The notes: generated by a model from the letters alone, not told the origin. Positions 13,701 through 27,664 are shown, counted from the first letter of the stretch. The stretch: DNA of 64,000 nt from Tubiluchus corallicola (GCA_030141605.1 JAQGDQ010000006.1:248001-312000); one strand, 5' to 3'. A program made the numbers and translations.

Positions 13701-16700
13701 ATCATGGGAAGGAAATTACTTGCTTTCGGTACTGTATTGATAAGATATGAAATTTGATTCTGTTATAGAAAAAATAGCATGTTACTCTTGCATGCAGTTA
13801 GCTGATTTGGAATGCAACATTATACCTGTATTATTCATTATACAGTTGCCTGAATTATTTTTAGCGAAATGTAACAGTTGCATGCTCACTTTTAACAAAG
13901 GTATATAATATCCTGTTGTAGAGGAAAAACATGATAACGGATACAATACTTTTCCACCATTTATTATACAGACTTGCATACAGTGACCTGGAGTTTTTCT
14001 GGCAAAGTTTAGCACTTTGTAGACTCGGTCTTGAAAAAAATCGAAAGACGACCTGAGCCATGGGCAGCAATTTACTCCCTTCACATCTTGTCAATATTTG
14101 TGTTTTGTGGGTTGGTGTTTTTGAAACAAAAATTAAGTATTTGTGTTTTGGGTTGTTTGGAACATGTCTTGCTAAGTATTCTTTGAAGTCCTTGAAGACA
14201 TTTTTCATTAATTAACTTTAAATGTAGATTTTAATAACTTTGTCAGGCTCTTGCTAAAGCTTGATGGAAAATGTAATTCTTTAGCCTAAAACCCGTAAAA
14301 TACACTAATGCCAATGCATCATATTGTTAGGTTTGACATATTAGTACGGCAAAGGGGGGAAAGAGTGCCTTAACAATATTAGACCATTCAGCTTTGTGTT
14401 CAGCACAGGTTTTGAAACAACTCTAACTCGAAGTTCAAACCATAAAGTTCAACCACAATCTAAACCATAATCTAGCCTACACAATTAGCATACTGATCCG
14501 TGTCATACAGGAAATGCAAACTTGCCATTAAATGACATGCAGGCCTAACATTTAGATACTCTAGATGTACAAACTGATCTTACATTTATTGTCCTTTATT
14601 TATTTTGTCATTGTATATTATATCTTGAAATTGCAGAAAATTATTCTAATTTGTTAATAATCACTGTAGTGTGTTTAAAAACCCTTTCAAATACTCGAAG
14701 GACAAATATGCTGTAGGCATAAAATCAGAGCCTGTCTTAGTCATGAGGTACTGGGTGTTCAATGTTCACTAAGGTGTTGAGCTTATAAATAAAATGTTAC
14801 TAGTTAAAATCCAAGCTGCATGCATTGGATTTTTTCATTTTTTTCTCTTATTCAGATTAAAAATCTAACAAATTGTATGGTTTTCACTGTTAATATAATT
14901 TTGAAATTAAGCTGATATATAGTGTTTCAACAGCTGTTTATACTAATTCTATTCCGTAGAAATGGATAAGTAGATATAAAATTTGACTTGATTTTATAAT
15001 TTAATACGTTTATAATATAAATTGTTAAAATTCATTAATCTATATGTGTAACGTTATGTTCTGTAGTAGAAGACTCAGCTTTCTAATAAATATGCTTTTT
15101 TCAGACTCAGCACAATTCAAATACTGCAGATTATGTGGCATCCGTGAATAGTGCAAAGCATCGTGATCAATGGCATAAAATTCTCTTCTCTGCATTTGTG
15201 AGAAAGGTAGCTGCATTTGCTGTTACATAGCATTTTGTGACAAAAAATGAAGCCATATGGTTTGGCGTGTGATTTACAAGCACGATCATATAGCTCAAAA
15301 AAATTTTAATTTATAGTAGTGACATTTACTCATTGCTATGGTAACCCATATTCTATAAGGCTGTTAAATACATTTTTCTGTATGTGCCTTAACATAATAT
15401 TCATACATATGAATTACGACATTGCTCATTGCAGATTTAGTGTGAGTTTCCAATAGTAAACTTGGTTAAGCCCATGATTTTTCATATAAAAATAACAGTT
15501 TGGTTAACATTACGTGTAATTATTATTTAGGTGAATAAACACAACAAATGTGAAAGTCGAGCTATTGCCATCACTGATGTAAACATCTACAAAATGGATC
15601 CAAAGAAGAAATTTAAGATCATGCACACTATTCCTATGGATGAGGTAATCATTCTTGACAAGTAACATTAAAAAACAACAACTTTTATTGTACCTTTTTT
15701 GTGTGTAACAGTTCTTTTACTTGACAACATTATTTATTAGTCCTCACTAGCTGATATTGTTGCAGTAGAGCAGGTAGCGATACTGCAATTTCAAATGTCA
15801 CTAGCAAAGCATTGCATTAATGTTTGCCAGTTTCTATCAAAACATTGTGTAAATGTTGCCCAGTTACTATTTGACTACAATATTGATATTCGCTGCTTTC
15901 AATTTTCAACAACTGGCTTGAAGTAGTAATTTAATATTGGAAATTACTTCATATTTTCAATTTATTGTTGTTAAATAGTAGGCTTCTTGGCTAGTTCACG
16001 ACAACTTAGCAATTATTTGCTAAATAAAGCAGCTGATAATCCTAAATGTTTGGTAATCAGGTGTAAGATATGAAGGCATACAGATGTGTTTCAAGATGTA
16101 ATAAAGCAGGTAATGACCGCTGAAGAGTAACTTTTGACCAAATGGAATTTCATTGTTAGTATGCCTCTAGCTGCACCATAGGCTGGCAACCAGAAGCTCC
16201 ACAGTTTGCACTGCCAGCATTTTTGCTTCCATTTCAAGCATTGAGCACCTGCAGTTTTTTTTTAATCGGCAACTTTATGCTGTTTTTCTAAATCACATGC
16301 TTAGTCTTCAATTCTTCAGTTACCCTATTTGAGATTTTAACGTCAACGGCTAAACAGGCGCTTACCAAAGAGGAACATACTTTCTAACAATCTGCATTTA
16401 TTTGATGCACTAACTCAACATGGGAAGTACTTTACCTTCCAGTTTTAACCGAGTTCCAATATGATGTGTCGGTTGATAGGAGCTTTTCAAAACCAGTCTG
16501 TATCTCAAGTTCCTGCTTCAACTTATATGCATGTATCATTGTAGCAGAAATGTCTATTTGTTATATTTTGCAATCACGCATCTAGAGTTTTGACTTTGGA
16601 CTAATTTTGCTCTTAAAATTATAGATTACAGGGATAACTGTTACGCCTGGCACAGATGGTTTGGTAGTTGTTCATCTGCAAGGAGGAAATGATTTAGCTG

Positions 16701-17256
16701 TTTGTTTAACTGGCGTCAGTTCTAATCGAGGCCAAAGCCGTGCATGTGAAATTGTTGGTGCTCTGTCGCAATTGTGGTTTAAGTATGTGCTTTTGATTTA
16801 TCGCAAGCATTATTGTTAAATACGATTTATGTAGAGTTGAGTGTTAAATATTGAGCTTTAGAACTAATGTGATGTACAGAGGTTGCAAATTTTTTGCACA
16901 GAAAAATTTGAAAAATGCCTGAACGAATTGTTATATGTAGTAGACTAGGCAAAAGTCATTTTTGTTCACTTAGTCTACATTATGAAAATCTGCAATGGAA
17001 ATATGCTAATTTGCTTTCTTGGCTAGTAATTTTTGATATGCTCTTAAGAAAGCTATGTATTTCGTTTTATGTTCTATTAGTTAAAGTCACATTATTTTCT
17101 AGGAAACATAGACGACCACTAAAGGTTGTTGTTGACAACGCAGTGCACTGCATGTTGGGAAACAAAGAGCGAAGCATTTCTATTGCAAAGTCTAATGTTA
17201 CCGAACCTTTGTTCAGAAAAAATGGACAGGAGCTGATACTTGATGTACCAAACTAA
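1751..17256 (+). CDS. MYO1D: Unconventional class I myosin (MYO1D/G, Myo31DF type): motor domain, IQ region, TH1 tail; 5'-partial
   Basis: Exons spliced by hand with matching phases: 1751-1959, 2235-2328, 3266-3485, 5802-5897, 8139-8258, 8684-8887, 9079-9230, 9625-9739, 10044-10154, 11473-11678, 11905-12037, 12132-12298, 12700-12904, 13156-13277, 13376-13477, 13584-13728, 15105-15206, 15531-15644, 16625-16782, 17103-17256 (975 complete sense codons plus TAA). Motifs: P-loop [18 protein letters not shown], switch [21 protein letters not shown]-like FLQKIWRG, TH1 tail (WEGNYL, VNKHNK). The roughly 30-codon first exon was not found in 1-1750. Confidence 0.93.
2118..2163. repeat. Imperfect (GT)n/(GC) microsatellite
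   Basis: gtgtgtgtgcgtgtgcgcgtgcgtgtgtgcacgtgtgtgtgtgtgt in a myosin intron. Confidence 0.85.
3868..4537. mobile_element. MITE / non-autonomous DNA transposon (~670 bp)
   Basis: ~37-bp imperfect TIRs: gtgcttgcaaaccaaaaccgtccataagtcggca (3871-3904) versus tgccgacttatggacgattttgctatgcaagcac (4501-4534). TA dinucleotide flanks both ends; no recognisable coding capacity. Confidence 0.8.
4800..5690. repeat. Degenerate ~145-155-bp tandem repeat (~6 units)
   Basis: Recurring gcaatgga..catgaaact..gaaatatactagaa..tgcatcgact..gagtcagattt..gccattttgaatt, with unit starts near 4837, 4984, 5133, 5289 and 5434. Confidence 0.8.
6340..6990. repeat. Highly degenerate ~100-130-bp tandem repeat
   Basis: Recurring cctgtca..tgacaatcc and ggagggaggatcca..tagt motifs near 6400, 6500, 6623, 6750 and 6884. 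Confidence 0.55.
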
Positions 17257-20200
17257 ATTGAAAGATACAAAAAGATCCAGGAAATTTATTAGTGCGAGTT
17301 TAATTTGTATGAAATAATTGAAGTCCTCTTGAATACCATGTCTTTTATTCTAACATAATACAAGTTTTTTTCCTTATTAAAAATATAATTTTTGGTATAG
17401 TTTCCAGCATGTCTCTGACTGCTATCGGAAAAGTCACTTTAGTTATAGTGTGTTCATAATAAGAGGTATCAGTTACCTTCTTTAAAAGTATACGCATGCA
17501 CGAACAAACACAAACACTCATTTATTATTATCATACAAAGGTAATGATACCTCCCACATCTTATAAGCTGACAGGAATGCAAAATCAAAATATGTTTGTA
17601 AAACATTTTTCTATCATTTAAGTAAGTGTAAGGAGTTTTTTCGTATGTGTTTTGAAAATCGAGGCCTCTATTCTTGATGTACTATTGCAGTCGATTTCTA
17701 AGTCCTCCATTTCCCGGTGTATTTCTGTTAATGTTTGGTGTATAGTGGCCTTCACTTTATCAATTGTCTTGTCATTGTAGACCTCGGGTTTTCAGGTAGA
17801 GACCAAATAAACAAATGAGGAGATGAGCGTACAGGCCAACCAATGTCACCATGTTAGGAAATCAAGTGTCCCGTTGGCATAGTTGCCAAATTTTGCCAGT
17901 TTTGGCTCCAAAAAATTTGTAACATTTTCACATAACCAATGGGAATAATTTGTTAATTAGTTTTCTGGTTATTTTGACTGACAGCCGGGAACATGTCCAC
18001 TGTTTTGACAATGTTTCTTAATTATGTAGAGCCTGCCCTATTTCTGTCTTTGGTCACTTAACATACATCACTTGCAAAGATGCTAAATAATGAATACTGA
18101 ATAAAATATTGAAACTTTATCAACATAATGACACCGTTACCATCTGCTTAGCTTCGTTAGCAATATACCAATGTGGGTATGTAAAATGTGGGAGGTTTTG
18201 TTGCCGCACCCTGTGTTTGTGCACAGTGTACTGGCTGTACTGTTACTTTAAAGTAATGCAGTTGCTTATACATTTTCATTGCATACTATACAACACTTGA
18301 TTGTACCACTTACGTTGATGCTGGAATCTAAAGCACATGCATTTTGTTATAGATATTGACACACTGAAGAGTAAGCGAAAATTTATAATTTGATTAAAAA
18401 GAAATGTACGTATGTAATGTGATTAGAACTTCAACGAATATCTAACACTTACATGTGTGGTGCTAAATAGTGCTTAGCCTTGTCATTTGAATCTGATGGC
18501 AGCGAGTGACATGCAAGGCTGCTAATTATTTATCTTATGAATTCATTGAAAGTTTAAGCAAGTACTTTTACTGTGGACTTTAATTATTACATTTCACTTT
18601 TGCCAAATACTATTGAATATGTCTTTCACTATTCAACTTTTCTACATGAAATTTTTAATTTGGACATGATTATTTAAATTTGTATACACTAACTATAAAC
18701 GACTGTAGTTGTAGCTTTCTAGCCAGTAATATTATCATGCCGATATTTTATGTATATAAATTTTTTGTAGACGACTAAATTATAAAGTTTAATTGCACGT
18801 GTTACATAGTTCTTGTCTTTTGTACAATCATTTGCACATTTACTGTGATTTTGCTTCGTTTGAGGTGGCTTAATGATTATGAAGTTATAATTAGTACCTA
18901 TAGGATTTTTCTACAAAAGCTAATGGGAAGTATCTTGAATTTGCACTCAGTTAAACTGGATTGTTTGGAAGGTATGAAAACCACTTAAAAATGCTGTTTT
19001 GATCTGCTAAATTATGAAATATGCACTTCATCAAGATGGGTGTGTCTTCCTTTAAATTTACTTATGATAACGTTGATGGTGACTCAATAAGTATTTTTTA
19101 TCAGAGAGCTTTTCAGCTTAGATGCACTATGTCTAAGTGCAGTGTCAGTACACAAGATTATGGTCACAATTAAATGTGTCTGTGAGTGCAGTCTGACTTT
19201 ATTTTGCATAATCACAAGTCATGATTGACAAGGCGATATAGCTGTGTTGAAATTTGTATTTTTGCCAAGACTCAGTTTTAGTTTTAGCTGATTTTGTAAA
19301 TTTAGGTTTCTGAAATTACAATAACATCATGGTTGCAATGCAGTAGCTCTGACATTGTTCATGGATCCCTTGTGTGTAGAATCTTGGTTTTTTTACTGCG
19401 TGTTTTCTTTGAATACAGCTGTCTATTGTATGGTAGGAAAGGATTTAGGTAGTAAATTTTATGAAGTAATTCCTATTTTCTCGAAAATGTCTTGACTGAA
19501 TCATTATTGCTAGTTTCTCTTTTGTATTACAGATAATGTCGCTAGTCAATTTTCTTTTTGGTATAAAATCTTGTGACTGAATTGGCAAATGACACATGGT
19601 GAAAATGATTACGTCTTGACTGCTAAACAATTTTTTACCCGAGTTATTGTGCCATTCATTCTTGAATTTTTTATACATGTATTATGAAACTTGCTTAAAT
19701 TATATCCATATGTTATTGTATGTCTATATATATATATATTATTATTATGTAGTATGTGTCTCTTTGAATGTGTTGTTTGCATGTTGTTAGTATACATCAT
19801 TGTAGTAAATTATTGCCTTGCTATTTTTCTGTACAAGTATGATTTTTGCAGAGAACTATAGATTTACTGATAATGAATTCTAAACTGCACATTATAAAGG
19901 TCGCGTTTGTGTGTGGTGGATAGTTTAATTATTTTTCGAGCGCCACAGTGCTTTTAAGGTTACAATGATTTTCGCCAGGGGCCAAAGTTCAAGAAAATAA
20001 TTTATTATTAATTGTGTTCTTATGCGAAGTGTATTATAGAATAATAATTTTCTAAGTAATAAAATAAATCAATTGTAATTAGTTTATTGTTTTGCTTGGT
20101 TGATAGTGCACATAACGCTTAATTGTATACATATCAGCAATGGTGTTTTATACCGAGCGTGCTCTGGTTTTGTGAAATGGCATGAAGTTTTTTGTTCCGT

Positions 20201-20544
20201 GATTATGTTGACGTATTGTAGTACCAAACGCTGATTTTAGTAATAGAAAATCCTGATTTAAGTAATTATTTTCTTGTCTTGCTGTTTAATTCTCAAAAAG
20301 TGTTCAGACTGCTATCTAGTTTAGTTTGTACCAGCTTCATATGATGCTTTTAATGCAATTTATTTGCCATTTATTAATTATAATTGTTCAGCGCATCAGT
20401 TCCAACCAGTAGTGAATTACTGTAGTTCAAAAACAAAACTATGACGTTAGCCTTTTGTACACTCGCATAACAAATGGAAAGAAAAAACTTGAAGGAACAG
20501 ACATAATAACTAAAATTTAGTCCACGTGAAGTTTATATAATTGT

Positions 20545-21330
20545 AATAATAATAATAATAATGATAATAGTTTATTCTTAAAAACGCACTCCATCTGAAA
20601 ATCTCTGCTTTTTACAATAAAATTAAAGGAAATAAAAAATCACACAGTCAATCGCAATAAAAATAATTGTGCAGTTACAATTTAAAAGAATTAGCTTCGT
20701 ATGATACTGAATAAAAATTTGTAGTTACAGTTTACAGTTATACAAACTACATGTATTTAATATTGAAATTCGACATTACAATTTCGGTTGTCCAACACTT
20801 CAAAAGAGAGTGAAATTGACTAGTACATAGATATGAGACAGTAGTTATATATTTAAGTATGTCGTTCAGTTTATGTTACTTAAAAACTGACATTGGTATT
20901 TTCATTCGCATCTAAAAGGTTTAATAAAAATGTACAGTATTCGTTTTATCATTATCAAGACTATATTCGCGTTTATTGATATATTTTAAGACTCTACTCG
21001 AATTCGACATCAAATCTAGAATACTTATGCAGCTTTCAACAACCTGTAAATTAAACCCTAGAACGCAACAAGCAGACAAGCTAGCATTACGAGCAAAGAC
21101 GCTGATCAGTGAATTATTGCTACACAAACTTTTTATAAGCATCCTTACAAAACGTTTAGAATACCACACTAGGGTGATTAGTATTGCATACAAATTCCAA
21201 AGTTTTCTTATCGTAATAGGAAATATTTTAATTTCCACTTTAGAATTACCAAATAAAAATCATTTTTCGACCGAGATTTATCATCATGATCAGACAAGTC
21301 AGCTGAAGTTATTATATATACGACCTAAAT
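20545..21330 (-). mobile_element. Decayed non-LTR retrotransposon 3' fragment
   Basis: Minus-strand ORF 20921-21238 (IRKLWNL..KRFVRMLIKSLCSNNSLISVFARNA..VLGFNL) resembles post-RT C-terminal segments of invertebrate LINEs. It ends on the minus strand in AATAAA followed by a (TAT)n tail at about 20545-20577. Confidence 0.5.
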
Positions 21331-23746
21331 GAAACACCGTTTTAAGCCAAGTTAAGGGAATTCCATCAAGAAAAACCCTGTATTACATGAATGCTGGGGA
21401 TTACCGAGAATGAATAATACCCATTTACTTATACTATTACTTTAAATTGATATTTTACTAAGAAACTGTTTTAAATGTGACTGGCTTACAATCACCTGTC
21501 ATCTAGAGAAATGTCATAATTAAGCAAATTAATTTAGTGAAATAAGTCAATAATTAAATAAGCAGTGATAATAAATGGTTAGCAAACTGGTTCAACAATT
21601 TATTCAAGAATTTTTGTCAGCGTTCTTAAATAGCACTATCAACTAGCAAGTACTTGACCTTAATTAAGCTAATAACATTAGCTGTTGGCCTGTTGGCCTT
21701 GACCTTTGGCCACTAATATCTACATTATATTGTTAGGTATGGAGTGCATTAAACCAAAAAAGTATGATAACCTTCAAATTGTAGCAGCTTCTAAATTGGG
21801 TGAAAAAGATAGAGCAAAAATTTAAATGTTATTTCATATGAAACTTTTAAAAATGAATTCACTCACTGCTTTTGCGCTTGAAAAAAACGTTTCATGGTTA
21901 GACAAAAAATAGACAAAACTTTTAGTAGATGTCACACATTCGATTGAGTGTTCTCTTTATAGTAACAATTATCTCGTAGCAGACAGGAGTCTACTGTTAG
22001 GCAATGACGTGCAGGCAAGGAAAACCTTTGGGTGAAAATTTCACCAAGCTGTTGATATTTGCATCAACTATGTATTCTGACAATACTGACAATAAAAAAT
22101 GCCAGCCCGCTGCAAATTTGACTAAGCATTGGCCTTTGATAGATTAACCATAAATCTTTGACCTTCGATTTTTCTCTTCATATTTAAGTCAGGTGGAAGG
22201 AATCTAACCAACGACCTCAACAAATTTTGCTGATATTAAAAGTAGTATTGAACAGATTCTGAGTTATACGTGTCAATCGCAACATAGTCTGTCATCTGTC
22301 ATCTCCAAAATTTATATTCATCTGAACAAAATCAGTAGCTTCAAAATTACAGGCAGACGCAAACAACATTCAACACACACCTCCGTAGCTTTTTACCTCA
22401 CAATTCTCGTTCCATTTGTGATGAAACTGTAATACAGGTTCAAAATACCGCACTAAGCGAATCATTCATATGTGCAGTTATCCAGTAAGACACGACAAGT
22501 ATTGATTTTGGTCAATCTGGTCGACACTAAAATTCTGTTTTGAAGAATTCGTTCGGGTTTTAACGGCGAATACATTTAAAGATGTATTGTCACAATCTAA
22601 TACATACTGTAAATGAAAACAAGCATTTATATCTCATGCTTCTGGAGACGAAATTGTTGTACAATTATTTTCCTACACTCGTATCTAGTGACTGGTGTCT
22701 ACCCTCATATCTAGTGACTGTTACAACATTTTACTGACTGCAAGCAAAATAAACAACCTTGTCCAATTTTGCGGTTCCACGGCGTTGACAGTTGACTCAC
22801 ATTTGTCTTGGAGACATCGCTGGCCCTCTTTTATTTTTATGCCCTCCTCTCTGTTTAGACTGCAACTAAAGCCGTGACATATGTTCGTGAATGGTACAGT
22901 GTAACTGCTACAAGCGGCTTCATGGCTTTTCAATGCGGAGAAATGGAGTGCGATTCTGTGCGAAGATTTCTTTGTGGCTTATTATTTTGTCTGTAACGAC
23001 TTCTGAGTGCATCAGACTGAGTTGCGCACTTGTCAAGAGATTGATTAGACACTAGCTACTATGCGACAAAATTGCCTAAGCTTTATTAAAACTGTTGTTG
23101 ACTTAATTCTAACTTATTTATTTCGTATTATCAGGTGCCGTCTACTGTTTTAAACCTTTACCGGTTATTTATACTGTGGACGGTTACCTACATTTTGTTC
23201 TGCCAGACCTATGGGATAGAGTTTTTTTAAGTACAAACTTTCAACAGTATTTTTAGAATCTTTCTGTTAGCGCTGGCTGGCGCAGGGGCGGGAAGCACAG
23301 TCCACCTTTAACATTCGATTCGTCAAGAAATATTGTCCAGACCTCTTCCTGCAGTTATAATAATTATTATTATTATTATAAAACGAACAAAAGTAAATTG
23401 AGTAACATGGTGTTGTAATATTAGTACGACGTAGGGAAAATATATATGATATAAGCACATTTTAGTTAGTGACGTTAGTTACATATTAGTCCTGTCTTGC
23501 CATACTATGGTAACTTCTCTACTACACAGACTGGAAGTCTGCTTATCCGTTCAGCTGGCGTTAATAAACAATAATTTTAAACACCGCAGCTAGCAAGCTG
23601 TAGCAGCAAATGTTATTATGATATCGTATTCACTTCCTTTCCCTGAGAAGCGAAGAGAGGATGTGAGTTGAATGATCTGGTACAACACGTACATTCCGAA
23701 TTCTGTCATGCATGGTTGAACGAGGCCATTTTCTGTCATTGTGAAA

Positions 23747-24901
23747 ATGATAATACGGAACGTAGATACCGCGTTTGTGTTATTCCTGGTTTTATTAGCA
23801 GCAGGGATTTGTGTACTTTTCCTACGAGCTTTTAACCTCCATAATTATTCGTACAGCGTGTATTTCATTAAAACGCACAGCTTGTTTTTAGAACCAAGCG
23901 GAAATCACTTATCAGGAAACCGCATCAGGAACAGCGAAGCAAACCGAAGGCCTTTGACACGAATTTTGTTTTGGAATAGGTTTTCATCTTTTGATGCGTT
24001 CAATTTTGGTTTAGGAAATGAACCATTTCAAAAGTTCCATTGTCCTGTGTCGGAGTGTGAAACTACTGAAGACAAGTTACTGATAAACAGCAGCAGTGCT
24101 ATTGTTATCAACATGGACATTCCTTTAATACATTTTGAACTGCCGCAGCATAGATTTTTCTGGCAAAGTTGGGTGTATTTTTCATTAGAACCGCCAGTGT
24201 ACGCTAGAAATCCAAATTTTTCATCATTAAATAATCTTTTTAATTTGACGCTGACATACAAATCGAATTCGGATGTAATCCGATGGTACGGGAATATTTA
24301 CGCCGGCCGTCGTCCTCAGATGGGAACAAACTTTGCTGCTAACAAAACAAGATTAGTAGCCTGGATTGTGAGTCGCTGTAAAAGTTCAAGTAGACGCGAA
24401 GTTTTAGTTGAACAACTGCAAGAATTTATCCCAGTTGACATATACGGTCGATGCGGTAATCTAACTTGTCCTAGAAACATCTCGTGTATGCAAATGATAG
24501 AGCAAAATTATAAATTTTATTTATCCTTTGAAAATGCAGTATGTAAAGACTATGTTACGGAGAAATTTTTTAATGTTCTGCGCTGGAACATTGTTCCCAT
24601 TGTGTTGGGAGGAGCCAACTATTCCAACATTGCTCCTAAAACTGCATACATTGACGTCAACAATTTCTCTTCTGCTAAACAGCTTGCTACCTATCTATTG
24701 TTTTTGGATCAAAATCCCGATGCGTATAATGAGTATTTTTCTTGGAAGGGAAAGCATCGCTTTATCCACAAACACTCGTTTTGCGACCTTTGCGCTCTCT
24801 TAAATAACAAAAGTGCCAATGAAAAAATACTTGGTGATGTAGAAGATTTTTGGAGTGTGGATAGTGAATGTGTAAATGGCGGCTGGTGGAATAAAAGCTG
24901 A
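23747..24901 (+). CDS. Alpha-1,3-fucosyltransferase (GT10, FucTC-like), type II membrane protein, single coding exon, 384 aa
   Basis: Uninterrupted ORF with first ATG at 23747 (the ORF track starts at GTG 23741). N-terminal TM helix (AFVLFLVLLAAGICVLFL), ILFW motif, SLEPP, TYKSNSD, VAWIVSRC, and the GT10 signature YKFYLSFENAVCKDYVTEKFFNVL. Confidence 0.93.
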   Translation: MIIRNVDTAFVLFLVLLAAGICVLFLRAFNLHNYSYSVYFIKTHSLFLEPSGNHLSGNRIRNSEANRRPLTRILFWNRFSSFDAFNFGLGNEPFQKFHCPVSECETTEDKLLINSSSAIVINMDIPLIHFELPQHRFFWQSWVYFSLEPPVYARNPNFSSLNNLFNLTLTYKSNSDVIRWYGNIYAGRRPQMGTNFAANKTRLVAWIVSRCKSSSRREVLVEQLQEFIPVDIYGRCGNLTCPRNISCMQMIEQNYKFYLSFENAVCKDYVTEKFFNVLRWNIVPIVLGGANYSNIAPKTAYIDVNNFSSAKQLATYLLFLDQNPDAYNEYFSWKGKHRFIHKHSFCDLCALLNNKSANEKILGDVEDFWSVDSECVNGGWWNKS

Positions 24902-25687
24902 TATCAGAAAATTTAGCGATGCTTTTATTATTGATGATCCACGGAAGCTTATAGCTCCTAATCTCTACAATATCCAGCTGGTGTCAGTTGTATTATTTGT
25001 ACATAGACAGACAATGGCCCATTATGTATCTTTATTGACTTCTATTCACACCTGTGGGTCTACACTAATTAACTGTGTTTTCTTTTGAAGTTTATGGTTT
25101 TGTCAAACCATGCATATAGAGTACACTGAAATAACTAAACAAAAAAAAACATCTGTAAGGTATACTGTAAGGTATAAGGACAATAATCAATGAAGCCTAC
25201 ACTAAACAGGCCCTTACGACAATGTCTGTTATCGTGTCTCTCAATAGTATTTAAGTTTTTTGTATGGGTTTTAGCTAAATTTACGACACTGCAGAGGCCG
25301 GCATCAGTTGTCACTCTATTTAAAATTTGCTTGAAGTTCAGTAACTTGAAGAGTCGCTAACCCATACAGGTGCAGGTGGGTGTCCTTACGTGTTTCACAT
25401 CTTTTTTCATTATACAGGGAGTTACCGTCTTTGAAAACCATTTAACTATTACTGGACAAAGTCATAACATCTAATAATGCCTTCAATACAGTGCTCATGA
25501 AAACGACAAAGATGAAGGAAAATTTGCGTTTCATGATACACCGGCTATTAGTGCCTTAATTTTTAATTTACAAACGTATATAGGCTTTAGCTTGTAAGTG
25601 AACATAGATAACCTTAACGCGTGTGTGTACCGCATATACGTATGTAGGTAGTAAAATAAAAAATAAGCAAAGTCTGGTATTCTGTTC

Positions 25688-26145
25688 GGTGACCGATAAA
25701 AAAGTCAAAGGAGAAAAGTCACAATTAATGTATAGAGACCGGGAAAAGTCACAATTTGGGTTATGAAAGAAAGTCAGGTAATAAATCAAAAATATTCAAT
25801 TCACTTAATTTATTTATTTAAAATTCACAGTTTCTTTAAGTATCATAAACAATAAACATAAACAATAAGTAATAAAACAGAAAATATTTTAAATCAGTTA
25901 TTAACTGGCAATATAAACTTGTGCATATTGACAACACTGTTTAGATGTGATGACATTGCAAAAAGGTGAAAAAACACGTTTTGTTCAATGTCTTAGGGTT
26001 TAGGATTAGAGTTAGGGCTAGGGGTTATAGGGCTCAGGTTAGGGTTATTTCCTGTGACTTTTTTCCTATGAGATTTTTCCCTTTGACTTTTTATCTGTGA
26101 CTTTTTCATGTGAGTTTCTTACTTGTGATTTTATTACCTGGATTC
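25688..26145. mobile_element. Foldback-like non-autonomous DNA element with repetitive arms and a telomere-like TTAGGG block
   Basis: Left arm of (g)aaaagtcaca repeats (25688-25780), right arm of tgtgacttttt repeats (26050-26145), degenerate (TTAGGG)n at 25993-26047, and an 8-bp direct repeat TTCTGTTC flanking both sides (25680-25687, 26146-26153). Confidence 0.75.
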
Positions 26146-27664
26146 TTCTGTTCACTATTTGACATAATTTGTTTGGAAATGCAATGCGTACGCCAAAATG
26201 ACATACACTAATTTTCTTGCTGAGGTGATCCATTTCGGGATTCCAGTCATTCTGGAAGGTAGGCTGGTGTAATTTATAGCTCCATCACTGTAGGGCTTTC
26301 CATCGCTTGCGGCACGTCGCTTATAGACGACCATTTACTGATTTCTTCGAAGTGAAGAATTTGTAGTTATCTTAAATTCGCGTTATTTTTATAAGAACGA
26401 AGATTGATCACCACAAGGTAACAGGTCAAGGTTAAATAGCAAAACTGTTAATTAGCGCTACAGCTACTTCAGCAGAAGTTTTGCACCTGTCGTACTGTAT
26501 CGTCATTAATAGCAAACTGAATAATATTTTTAAAATACAACGGTATCTGGTTTAGACATTATTTTTTGACACTGAGCGCCCAATGTCGTTAATTTGCTTT
26601 GGCTTGTTTTTGACTAGTTAAATATTTTTATACCAAAGTTTCAGCGCTGGTGAGCTGATGTGTCGAAAACAAATTTCATATTATTAGTTTTGACGACGAA
26701 TAAATGCAACGTATACAGTGCCTGACCTAGTCATCCAGCTACAGTGTAGCTCGAGCTTTGGCGAGTTCGTGTATTGCTTGATTTTGCCATTAGATTATAG
26801 TTTTTGTTTTGGACAAATTTAGCACTGCTCTACATTCTTGATTGAATTCCGATTGAAATTAACTTGCGAAAATTCCCTCATCCAAAGTTCTTGGAACTGC
26901 TTGATTTTTGAAATGTACGTATGTAGTGGGTGATACATTTTGGATATTTCATATCAGTGCGAAATATGTGTGTCAGTACTAAAGTGCAACCATGAAAATT
27001 AGCAATTCACTTACAATAAGTAATGAAAATAAAGGTAGCAATTAATTATAATAACAATAAACAAGTTTCATGAGATATGTAAGCAATTATTGAATGCGTT
27101 TTCAAAAGAAAATCGTGACACGCATTCAGAATTATATCAGCACTGTGTACACGCAAAATACGTTTAAATCATCACTTATTTTTTTCGTCGGCATGCAGTT
27201 TTTGGATGTATTTATTCTCATTATGAAAATCACGGTAATTGGTACAAACATACTTCTACGAAAAAAAATGGGTGAGTTGTTAAGTTAAGCGACACTGAAT
27301 CTGACCAGAGGCGCCAGGAAAACTGCTCTTATAGGCTGTTTCATCTACTACAATGTCGCCGGCCGCATGTGATTGTAGGTATTTTATGGTAGAGGATGTG
27401 TGCAAGCGTACGCATCCAAACGTTGCAACGGCACTCTAAGGTTTTTCCTTGGCAATCAGCAAGATTTCGATCTCGTTACAACTATCTACATCAAGTAGGA
27501 TCCGTCGTTCGTTGCTGGGAGTTCACAAGCTGCCGAAGCATATAAAAGAAGTTTCAAAATTGAGCAGATGCTAGAGCGAAGTTCTAACTGTTAGGTGCTT
27601 TGTGCAATCGAATGAACAGTGTCTATAAGCAGACAAACAGAGAAGCAACCAATTCAAGACTGCT

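Noticed and set aside
18364-18395. CTGAAGAG-taag-CGAAA hammerhead-like core
   Set aside because: No stem I complementarity; stem II is a single pair
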